From positions 25,340,884 to 25,404,883 of the forward strand of contig NC_090408.1 in the NCBI RefSeq assembly GCF_036365525.1: a stretch of DNA of 64,000 bases, written 5' to 3'. The DNA comes from Heterodontus francisci (Eukaryota). Shown here one piece after another: positions 49,001 to 59,693 of the stretch. The position numbers were made by a program, and so were the translations under genes. The notes under the pieces are model-generated. The model was not told the origin of the DNA and searched no databases. It saw only the letters and a program-made list of their open reading frames with translations. Numbering within the stretch: the first letter of the stretch is position 1; each line of letters opens with the position of its first letter.

Positions 49001-49420
49001 TGAGAGGGGAAAAGTTTTGGGGGGATATGCGTGGAAAGTTCTTTCCGCAGAGGGTGGTGGGTGCCTGGAACGCGTTGCCAGCGGAGGTGGTAGATGCGAA
49101 CACGATAGCGTCTTTTAACATGTATCTAGACAGATACATGAATGGGCAGGAAGCAAAGAGATACAGACCCTGAGAAAATAGGCGACATGTTTAGGTAGAG
49201 GATCTGGATCGGCGCTGGCTTGGAGGGCCGAAGGAAGGGCCTGTTCCTGTGCTGTAATTTTCTTTGTTCTTTTTTTGTCACCCATGGACCCTCGATGTCA
49301 GCTGCTTGCACAGAGAATGACCACTTGGAAGGTATTGCATTGTCACTGGTGCCCATAGAACTGTAACTCAGCATGTGTAACAAGTTTTAGGTTGGTAGGG
49401 GTTAGCGGAGGAAGATGGGG
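46085..49420 (+). mobile_element. AmnSINE2-like SINE split by the CR1 at 46280-49275
   Basis: Left half CTGAGTTAGTTGATCCAAGCC...CCTGCTGGAAGTG...CAGGCTTGGCTATG; right half GAATGACCACTTGG...GGTGCCCATAGAACTGTA; TGTC at both junctions. Confidence 0.55.
46280..49275 (+). mobile_element. CR1 LINE with near-complete ORF2 (APE + RT), one in-frame stop, no ORF1
   Basis: ORFs 46333-46590 and 46615-49173 share a frame, separated by TAA at 46588-46590; NARS, ITETW, GDFN, SDH, FADD motifs. Confidence 0.95.
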
Positions 49421-49439
49421 TTGGGGGATGCATGGAAGC

Positions 49440-49740
49440 GAATCAACTTCCCTTCAGCCTAATGCTACTTCCCTTTTGTCCAATTGTCCTCTTACATCCA
49501 AGTAGCAATTATATCAAGTATCAGCGGACTGCTCACAGGGGGATCACCTTCAGCTTGATCCAGACCTCACCCAAGTGTACATACGTGCATTTTTGGTGGG
49601 AGTTGCTGGAAAATGATCAGGACCTAGACTCTCTGACCATTCCTTTTTTTTCTGTTTCCTAACCCAGTGGTGCTAAGGGCTGTTGTACATCCATGGCTGA
49701 GACTGGTTATCTCAGCACAGACTGAAGATAAAACTTCTTG
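49440..49740 (-). mobile_element. AmnSINE2-like SINE, inverted copy
   Basis: GATCCAGACCTCACCCAAGTG...GATCAGGA...GGCTGAGACTGGTTATCTCAGCACAGAC is the reverse complement of the family. Confidence 0.55.
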
Positions 49741-49964
49741 TATTTGTATTGCTGAGCTGTCCGGAGAGGAAAGTTACTTCCTAATATTTTTGGAAATCAG
49801 TGGTCAAGCTGGGCATCTAGTGTCAGTGCCATGCAACTGTGTCTGCTGCACTTACACACAAACTCTATAGTGGTATATTTATGTACAGTGCATATTCATA
49901 TGTAGTGTATAAATTGGTAGACCCAAAGCTTTCAGAGCTTGGGATTTTGCTGTTCTCATCATCT

Positions 49965-50517
49965 TCAACAACAGCTTACATTTATATAGCATCTTTAACA
50001 TCCCAAGGCGCTTCACAGAAGCATTATAAAACAAAGTATGACACCCAGCCACAAAAGGAGCTATTGGGTCAGCTGACCAAAAACTTGGTCAAAGGTTTTG
50101 AGGAGTGTCTTAAAGGCGGAAAGCAAGGGGGAGTGTTGTAGGGGAGGGTATTCCAGAGTTTGGGCCATAGGCAACTGAAGACACGGCAATTAAGGTGGAG
50201 CGATTTAAAGTCAGGAATGCACAGGAGGCCAGAATTAGAGGAGTGCAGTTATCTCGGAGGGTTGTGCGGCTGGAGGAAATTACAGAGATAGGGAGGGGCA
50301 GGGCCATAGAGGGATTTTAAAACATGAATGAGAATTTTAAAATCAGGACGTCGCTTAACCAGTGTAGCTCAGCGAGCGCTGGGGTGATAGGGGAATGGGA
50401 CTTGGTTCGAGTTAAGACATGGGCAGCAGAGTTTTAGATGACCTCAACTTTACGGAGAGTAGAATGTGGGAAAGTAGCCAGGAGTGCTTTGGAACAGTCA
50501 AGTCTAGAGGTAACAAA
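49965..50517 (-). mobile_element. L2 LINE, 3' fragment
   Basis: CAACAACAGCTTACATTTATATAGC start; homologous to 4706-5270. Confidence 0.88.
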
Positions 50518-50734
50518 ATTCTTTTGCAGAAATGACTTGTGATTTTTATGTTTGTTACTTGGCATATGCTGTTATGAATTCTTGTGTAGCAAGATCAAGA
50601 ATACTTTGCACCTGCCTATGAATTCCTTTTTCCTTTTCTACAGTTGGCATTTTGACATATAGTGTTTTGGTTTTGATAGGGTTTTTAAGTTGCTGTGCTT
50701 TTTTGAAGACAGTGATGCTGGTCCTTTGTAGATA

Positions 50735-50945
50735 GGCCCTAAGCTCTGGAATTCCCTCCCTAAACCTTTCTGCCTCTCTACCTCCATTTCCTCCTTTAAC
50801 ATGCTCCTTAAAACATATCTCTTTGACCAAGCTTTTGGTCATTTGCCCTAATATCTCCTAACTTGACTAAATATCAGATTTTGTTTAACCATCATGTGAA
50901 GTTTTACCATGTTAAAGGCACTATATAAATGTAATTAATTGTTAT
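50735..50945 (+). mobile_element. L2 LINE, 3' tail
   Basis: CTCTGGAATTCCCTCCCTAAACC...TTTGACCAAGCTTTTGGTCA...AAAGGCACTATATAAATG. Confidence 0.85.
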
Positions 50946-52109
50946 ATACAGCTCTCCAGGATTGTGTTGAGAAGGTGCAAAAGGCACTTTGGTTTTATTT
51001 TGTCTTAAATGATAGTAGCTTCTTGTTTGGCTTTGTTTGAATGCTGGTTCATTGTCTGAATGCTGGTTTCCATTCTGCAACAGTGAGAAAGCCTCTTTGG
51101 AACAGAAACATGTTACATTTATCAAAAAGATTTGGAAAAGGACACTAAGGTTTTGGACTGTATTATTTTCAGGACTGTTTTAAGCGCTGTATAGTAGAAC
51201 ATTGCATTGCCAGCTACTGGTTTCATCCTTTTGCTTCTGTACAATTATCAATTGTTGAAAATAACTATAACTAGTTTTAGCCATTATGTGTTCACAGGAC
51301 TGGGTGATATACTGTATCCTCTGGGATCAAATCAAACTGATGGGATGATAATGTCCCCTTCGTGCTGCTGCAAGGATCAAAGTGAAATTAGTTTGAGGAG
51401 CCTTAAGTGTAGATCCTCCTGGATACAATTCTACAGACCAAAACTGTGTCTATTTTGACCTGAATTGGCACACTCTTTTCACTCCCAAACATAAAGCTGT
51501 GTGTTTTTGCAACTCCTTGTTACTAATGATGAATATTGAGCCATTTTAATCTTGCGAACTGCATGCATTAATTTTGGGAATTATATCATGTTCAGTGTCT
51601 TCTACAGTTTCACCTTGACATAAGAAATATTTCCAAATACTGTGCCTTTAACTGACATAGCCAATATTTACATTGGAGCAAATGCATTATAATTTTTTAG
51701 AAGTTGCAAGCAAATCTGGCTCGTTGGGAAAGCAAGGGGCATTAATCAGACAGAGGACTGTACTGCCGTATGTCCTGTCTTTCCTACGGTCTCAGCTTAA
51801 AAAACAGGATGCTTCGATTACAGGCAATGTTTTTGGCTTTATTAAGCATGTTTGAAGCAGGCTTCCTCGTACTTTTATTAAACAGCTCTATGTAATATCC
51901 TGTGCCCTTAGGAAATGCTGTCATGCTTCTGAAATATTTGGTTAAAAATGTGCGCATTTATGATTTTTTTTTTAAAGAATCTTATTTGTCAAACCGTGTT
52001 AAAGGCATGGTATCTGCTTTATTTAAAGTTTATGTAAAATTACAATAGAACATTTAAGCATATTTTTGTCAAGCTGGTGAAGAACCTTTGTAAAGCTATA
52101 AGTGTCAAT

Positions 52110-52470
52110 GGTGGTATTTCATGCCCCTGAGTCAAGATTGTGGGTGCACATCCCACTACAGAGAATTGAACACCCAAATTCTAGGCTGACAGTCCAGTAC
52201 ACCACTGAGGGGGTGTTAAACCGAGCCCTCATCTTCCCCGTTGAGTGGATATAAAATAGCCATGGCTCTGTTTCAAAGAAGAGCAGGGCAGTTCTCCCTG
52301 GTGTCTTGGTCAATAGTTATCGCTCAATTAACATTACTTCTTGTAATTACATTGCTGTCTGTGGAACCTTGCTGTGTGCAAATTGTGGCACTTCCTACAG
52401 TATAACAGTGACTGCATTTCAAAAAGTACTTTGTTGGTTGTGAAGCATTTGGGAAGTCTTGAGATTGTGG
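52110..52470 (+). mobile_element. DeuSINE (SacSINE1-like)
   Basis: GTTAAACCGAGCCC...CCATGGCTCTGTTTCAAAGAAGAGCAGGG...CAGTGACTGCATTTCAAAAAGTACTT. Confidence 0.8.
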
Positions 52471-52489
52471 GTTTGTGGTCAGGCACAAG

Positions 52490-53510
52490 AAATATTCAAA
52501 AAGGCTAATGGAATGTTAGCCATTATATTGAGAGTGCAAGAATGTAAAGGGGAGAGCTTTTTTTGCTACAGAATGTAACCAGGGCCCCAAGAGTTATGAA
52601 AAGAGAGGACATAAACTATTCCTTGGAATGTGGAAGTTAAGGGGTGATTTGATTGATGTTTTTAGGATTTTGCAAGGGATTGATGGGGTAGATAGTATTA
52701 CCATGCCAGTGTTTATGCCCCACATGACTCTCCTCTCTCATTTCTTCACCAAACCCCATCAACATGTCCTGCTCCTTTCTCCCTCGTGTTGTCCAGCTTA
52801 CTCGTAAACACATTTAGGCTAGTCACCTCAGCTACTCCTTGTGGTAGCACCTTCCACATTCCAACCACTCTGAGTGAAGTAGTTTCTCCTGAATGCCTAT
52901 TAGATTTCTTAGTGACTATCTTATATTTATGGCCCCTAGTTCTGGTCTGCCCTGTAAGTGGCAACACCTTCTCTATGTCTACCCTATCAAACCTTTCATA
53001 ATCTTAAAAACCTTTATCTGGTCACCACCACCACACCTCACCAACCCCACCCCCCCCCCCCACCCTTTCCACTGCCCCGGCCCTCCCTCCTTCCCTCTCC
53101 CCCCCCCCACCAACCCCAGGCTTCCCTTTTCTAGAGAAAAGAGCTCCAACCTGTTCAATATTTCCTGATAGGTGTAAGTCTCAATTTGGTATCATTCTAG
53201 TAAATTATTTTTGCACCTTCTCCACTGCTTCTGTATCCTTTTTTTTTAACAATGTGGGGACTTGCTCGAACTGTTCACAATGCTCCAGATACTTCTCTGC
53301 TTTTCAATTCTATCCTTCTAGAGATGAACCCCAGTGCTTTGTTTTCTTATTTTTTTGTTGGCCATATTAACCTGCATTACTACTTTTAGTGATGTTTGTA
53401 TCTACGTCCCCAGATCCCTCTGCTCCTGTGTCCCTTTAGGACACTTACTTTCCAAGGAGTATGTGGCCACCTTATTCTTCCCATCAAAAATGTATCACCT
53501 CACACTTGCT
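52490..53510. mobile_element. two decayed CR1 fragments in opposite orientation (52490-52700 +, 52745-53510 -)
   Basis: GGCTAATGGAATGTTAGCC, AGGGGTGATTTGATTGA; minus ORF 52746-52967 RTRGHKYKI...RVVGMWKVLPQGV. Confidence 0.7.
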
Positions 53511-54796
53511 CCCTGCCGATTCCTGCTGCCTAGATTGACACTTGAAGGTTGGCCATTTAGACAAGGTAACGGAGAGTTGTTAGCAGGAGGAGAAAATGTA
53601 ACCAATTCCTGTTGTGGTCTGTTTGTATTTTTTTGGATTAATTCTAGTTAAATTACTCTTGGGTGAAAGTATGTTTTTCCTCTGAGCATTTAAGCAGTTT
53701 ATTTTGCTCCCTCTTTATCTTTATAAATCTTTACTACACGTCAAAAGACCCAATGTATTTGGCTTCAGTTATCTATTCCCACTTCAAGCAGGGTTTGGGT
53801 CATGCTCTGTTAAAGATTAGCAGATGAATGTGGGATTCCTGTAAACAGTGTTTGGTTACTAGCATACAGAACAGTACTAGTCCTTTAATGGGAGGTGGGG
53901 GGATGGATGCTGACAGGTTAGACATCTGTAAATAAATGCATTCTCAGTGCTGTTGTCAATGTACTTCAGGTCAGAAAATAGAGGGAAAGAGGACTAAGAT
54001 GGTCTGCAGTTTACAGCAGACAATATTCAGCATTATCATAGTTTGCCAACTAAGTATATATGCAAGGAAATTGTGTGGCCTCCCAGACGGAAGAAAGCCA
54101 TTCTGTTGTGGATTTATCAAGGGACAGCTCTCGTGATATTGAACAGCGACCAGCAGCTTTCCCTGTTCTGGATCCTGATTTTGTTGTTTCAGTGGTAATG
54201 AAAGTTCAGCAAATGTTGAACTGTAAAAATATGATGTGCAGTCATTGTGCATTGACATCTGCCTCGAATCCGCCAACCTTTAGTAGTTGAATTTTGACTT
54301 TAAAATATATATAAGGAAAGGAAAGAGGAAGTCATTGAGGTTAAGTGGAATCAGGTAGAAAAATATGAAGGGGTTGGGTGGCTGTAAACTGCAGAGGGAT
54401 GTGGAGTTAAAAATACTTTGCCTTCAATTTAAAAAAAAAACTTTTCTCCATTCACAGAATTCCCAAATTTTTAAACAATTTTATATTTTAATCCGAGGAG
54501 CCTGATGCTTGGGAACCAGTGCTTAGAGTTTATGCTAACGCTAAGTGACAGACTCGTAGTTCCAGGTAAAACTTTGTCTGAGAGCCTGTTGACTGGCTAT
54601 TTGGAAATCATATTTAACAGCATAAATAGTGCAAACTGGCTCAATAACACGGGATACCAGAATCCAAATTAAAAGAACATGTGGAAGTATCATTAGTGCA
54701 CAATTATTAGTTCATTATCGAAAATATATTAAGAATTTTACCACAAGCAGTTCAACTCTCCTTGGATTAAAGCTGTATGAAGTCACTCTATTTTAT

Positions 54797-54798
<2 letters not shown>

Positions 54799-54861
<63 letters not shown>
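54799..54861. repeat. (AT)n microsatellite
   Basis: Read directly. Confidence 0.98.
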
Positions 54862-54863
<2 letters not shown>

Positions 54864-55180
54864 ATAACTATAACCTTTTACTTTATGCAGTCAGCTTTGA
54901 ATAGAATGATTTGAGTTAAATGTGATCCCACAGGATTTACACAGAGGTCTGTTCCCTGTTTGGTGAATGCCATGTAATCTTATAAATTCCCTGCATGCGC
55001 TAATGGTTTTCCTAAAGGTAGCTTGAAATTCAGGAATCTTTGTCTTTGCTACCCCGATCTGAACTGAAGCAAAAAGTATGAATTTTTGTTTTGCTGTGTG
55101 ACTGAAACCATTTCAAAGAGTTTATGGAGTATGTTTAGGGAGCACAATAAAGCCAAAGTCTTTGTCATGTGTGTAACAGC

Positions 55181-56774
55181 TGTTATGACCAAGGCAGGTG
55201 GAGTACACTGTCTTTTCTGGTTCCACTTCACAGGTCATCAACATATATTTAAATGTTTACCTAGTTACCGATGCGGTCAATCATATACTCTACTCTTTAT
55301 CCGAGAATAAAATACATCAACCAGGTTTCTTTAATAAACAACAAAATTATCAGTTTATTATAAAACAAAACATATCCAGTAATGAAGCAAAGCATTAACA
55401 CACAGATTGAAATATAAAAGTTTCCTTAGCCCCTCTGACACACACTTACGCACACCAGTTAACCAAAAATAAAGAGATTTTCTCTGCAGAGCTCTATTAC
55501 AAAAAGAAAAGACAAAAAAAAAATACTTTGGCCAAATACTTGCATCCGGGTCACTGGGATCTTTTCTGGAGCAGTTCGTTTTGGAGATGTCAAGAATTAA
55601 TCTGGTAGGCTTTCCAGGAGAAATGTGGGGTTTCGGCTGTCCCACTGAATACACAGGGCTTTTTTCAAAGAAATCACAGAAATCACACAATTGTTAATGC
55701 AGAAGGAGACCATTTGGTCCATCGTGTCTGCACCGGCTCTCTGAAAGAGCAATTCATTTAGTGCCATTCTCCCGCCTTCTCCCCGTAACCTTGCACATTC
55801 TTCCTTTTCATATAAATGTCTAATTTCCTTCTAAATACTTCAATTGAACCTGCCTCCACCACACTCTCAGGCAGTGCATTCCAGAACATAACCACTCACT
55901 ATGTGAAAACATTTTTCCTCATGTCGCTTTTGCTTCTCTTACCAAGGGTAGAAGACATACGAACATAAAAATTAGGAATGGGCGTAGGCCACTGGGCCCC
56001 TCGAGCCTGCTCCACCATTCAACAAGATCATGGCTGATCTGATTATAACCTCATCTGCACATTCCCGCCTATCCCCGATAACCTTTCATCCCCTTGCTTA
56101 TCTATCTACCTCTGCCTTAAAAATATTCAATGACTCTGCTTCCGCTGCATTTTGAGGAAGAGAGTTCCAAAGACACTCGACCCTCTGAGAGAAAAAAATT
56201 CTCCTCATCTCAGTCTTAAAATTTTAAAATGGTGACCTCTAGATCCAGATTCTACCACAAGAGGAAACATCCTTTCCACATCCACCCTGTCAAGACCCCT
56301 CAGGATCTTGTATGTTTCAATTAAGTCACTTCTTACATTACCCTTTTAAACTCCAGCAGATACAAGCCTAGCCTATCCAACCTTCCCTCATAAGAAAATC
56401 CGCACATTTCAGGTTTAATCTAAGAGGTAGAGAAAGAAATGAGCTGAGTGTTTTTTCCTTGGCAGGTTGATCTTCAAAACAGTTCACACCACAACTGAAC
56501 TGAAAACAATATTCAAACCCCAAACAGAAAGTCAACCTCCTGACCTCCATAAACCTTGACATGTGGCTTCTCCGTAAACATCTCCCCTTCGTCACTGAGG
56601 TTTCTGTTGTTTATTGAGCTTAAAGCACATGATTTTCAGCAAAGGCTGTTTTCAAACAACATCTCAAGTGTCCTTTCAGTGAACTTTGTAAAAAAAAACA
56701 CATCCATGGAATCTTTTCAGTTTTAAAACACAAGTCCTCAAAAACTTTTTTAAAATGGAAGCACTTTCGTAATG
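55181..56774. mobile_element. solo LTR (Gypsy-like) interrupted by two CR1 tails
   Basis: Termini TGTTATGA ... TCGTAATG; 4-bp TSD CAGC at 55177-55180 and 56775-56778. Confidence 0.65.
55672..56423 (-). mobile_element. two adjacent CR1 3' fragments (about 55672-55945 and 55953-56423)
   Basis: GAAGGAGACCATTTGGTCCATCG...GGCAGTGCATTCCAG; GGCCCCTCGAGCCTGCTCCACCATTCAACAAGATCATGGCTGATC. Confidence 0.85.
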
Positions 56775-58496
56775 CAGCTTCAAGATAGTTGTGCTTGGTT
56801 GGAATATATATCCCGCAATTCTCAGTGTCTGTTGTTAGTTTTACTGAACATTTCCCCAAGTTGGCAACTAAAGAACCTATAAAGTAGAAAAGGCAGACAA
56901 AGGCTTGAAAACTGGTAATGTACCTTACCATAGAGGGGTCCAACATTTTGTTTGTTTATCCACTAGTGAAACAACAGTGCAGAGAATATCCCTTTCCAAA
57001 CCTTCAGGGATGCAGAATTGAAACAGGATAAATCTATCTCTATATAAAATTTTAAAAACTTGTTCCTGTGCTCACTTCCAGTCTATGAAACCTGACTTAC
57101 AGTTGTCACATTTTTATTGCAATTTTGTATCAACATTTTTTTTGGTTATAAATTTCTATGTCCACCTTAATAATGGAAACTGCTGATATAGATTTGCCAC
57201 GCTGCACCTATTGTGGCACCGTAACCCTTCAGCTTTACATCTCCCAGGTCCTTGGTCTGTCTTGCAGAGAAACTCCTGTACTCCAACTAATTTCACTTCT
57301 CTGCTTCCCACATTGCCGTAAGTTTACCGCTTTACTTACAAATATATAATATCAACATGTTATGTAAAAATATGGACAGAATGTATGACATTTAAAATAG
57401 GGACTGAATTTTGTCTGCAAGCCTTGGTCTAGATGTCCCCCCGCCCTATACCCTCACTTCACTGGAACATTTGCTTCCAATTCCCCATGTGCAATTCCAT
57501 GGGAGATTGACTAGGAAGAAATATAAGGGCTGAGTTGTCGGGCTTTCAGTGGATGGATTGTTACGGCTGCAGGTTAGATGCCCTGGCACAGAGTCATCAT
57601 TACAATTTTTTGACTGAGGGAGTGCCATAGCTCCTTTAGTATTTAGCCAGAAATACCGATGTCGCCTCAACCATTTTGAAGTCGGTGGTTTAGAAATTTG
57701 ACCTCAGCTCTGTTCACTTCACCTGAATGAGATGCTTCAATGAGCCTGAATAATTGTACTGAGAATGCCTCTAGTCAGAATGAGTTGCTATATTGGAAGT
57801 AATACTCTAGTGATTCATTTATTTATTCAGTAAAAAATTCTGCCACTGTCAATTCATTTTTTAGCAGTGTTTCCTAATACGACATAATTTAAATTCTGTA
57901 ATAAATAAATTGACCTTTCATATGGAAATCGCTGTTGCACTAGCAGCTTCTTTGACTTCACTCCTCTACCCCCTCCATCTGCTTGATTGCCTTTGCATTC
58001 ACCGTTCAACTGTTTAAATTATCACTTAGTGCTGAGCAGTGTTCCACTCAGAGTGCTGTTTGGTGATTAAATCAATGGTTTCAAAGAGGAGGGAAAGGAA
58101 CTAACTATTAAGCTGTGATCAGCAGGACTGAACAGTGCAGCATGTGAGAATTGGTGATAAGACTGAGCCAGTTATAGTGACCATTTGGATTACTGGCAAA
58201 ATTGATCACAGTGATCATATTTTGCTGAACCCCACCTTGGTCCAGTGCTTGCTGACAGTATCAACTGCTGTCTTTCTGTAGATGTTGTTCTCCATTTTGT
58301 GACTGCAGTCATCACCCCCTCCTTACAAAGCCCACCCTTTCACCCTTTTTCCTCTCCAACTACAACCCTAACTCTAACCTTCCCCTCCCCTTTAAATTGC
58401 TTTAATGTGTCATCACCCATCACTCCCTGTTCAAATCCCTTCAGCTTGTGCTGTGCACTTCCCACAGCGTTAACAGCACCAATAAAATTCTATGTG

Positions 58497-58628
58497 AAAA
58501 CAAAATATTGCAGATGCTGGAAATATGAAATAAAAACAGAAAATGCTGGAAATACTCAGCATATCTGTCAGCATCTGTGGAGACAGAACAGAGTTAACGT
58601 TTCGGGTTAATGATCTTACATCAGAACC
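58497..58628 (-). mobile_element. Penelope terminal fragment
   Basis: GCAGATGCTGGAAAT...AAATGCTGGAAATACTCAGC...GAGTTAACGTTTC. Confidence 0.8.
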
Positions 58629-58699
58629 TCTGATGAAACTCATTGGTTACATTGGGACAGATAAGAATGGAACCAATGACCTAACCTCTCATTCGCCCA

Positions 58700-59600
58700 C
58701 ATGACCCTTCCCCATTCCTTATTAACGACATTATCCGTAGACATAGAGTCAGCTTCTGTGCTATTTTGATGACACACCCTGCCACCACCCTGTCAATATC
58801 CTCAGCTTCATGATTGGCTCTGTGTTGTCAGACCGCTTTTCTGGTACCAAGTTGGAGAGTCCAGATGTTTCTCCAGCTTAACAGTGGCAAGACCAAGTCA
58901 CCCGCTTGGCTCAATCCAGACATTCCTCACTTTAATTTCAGCCCTCTTCTCAGCAACAGACTCATGCTAAAACTTAGAATGAACCACCTTGTGTTTTGTT
59001 TGACCCAAAGCTTAAAGTCATATATCCACTCAATAGCTAAGGAGGCCTGCTTCTGCTTTTGTTGCACAGCCTACCTCTCATGCTGAAAATGTTATCTGTG
59101 CCTTTCTCATCTCCAGTCTCAACTTTTCCAATTGTCTACCTTTCAGCGTTGCATTTGATTTCATCTGAAATTCCGCCTGTTCCGTTCTACGTTCTGCTCA
59201 ACTATTGCCGGTGTTTTTCAGATCGCCACTAGTCTCCTGATGTCTTGCCATATCACTTTAAAAATCTTGGTCCTTGTTTCCAGATCCTTCCATAGTCTGC
59301 ACCACCCTATTTCTGCGATTATTTTTTCAAACCCGTGCCCCAGCTAGCACCCACTGCTTTTTCATCTCTGCTTTACTGTCTGTCCCTTGACTTTGGGTGG
59401 CTGAGCCTTTAGCAATCACACCCTGAACCCTGTAATTCTCTTTCTCAACCAATCCACCATGTTGTTGTTCTTCAAAAGCCTCCAAAAAACCTGACTTTTA
59501 GACAAAACCTTAAGTTCACTCCCCAACTTCTGTCCATTTCCACCTTCCCCTTCCATAAAATGCCTTGGGATGTTTTGCTATGTAATTGACAATTGTTGTT
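58700..59600 (+). mobile_element. highly decayed L2 LINE 3' part
   Basis: FLQLNSGKTK remnant; TGCCTTGGGATGTTTT tail block. Confidence 0.6.
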
Positions 59601-59693
59601 TAATCAGTTAGTATTCTCTTTGTTTTTCTGACTATTAATGAGATTATTTTCCAAATTGCAGTAGATCGACCTGTGAATTGCAAAGTATTTTCA

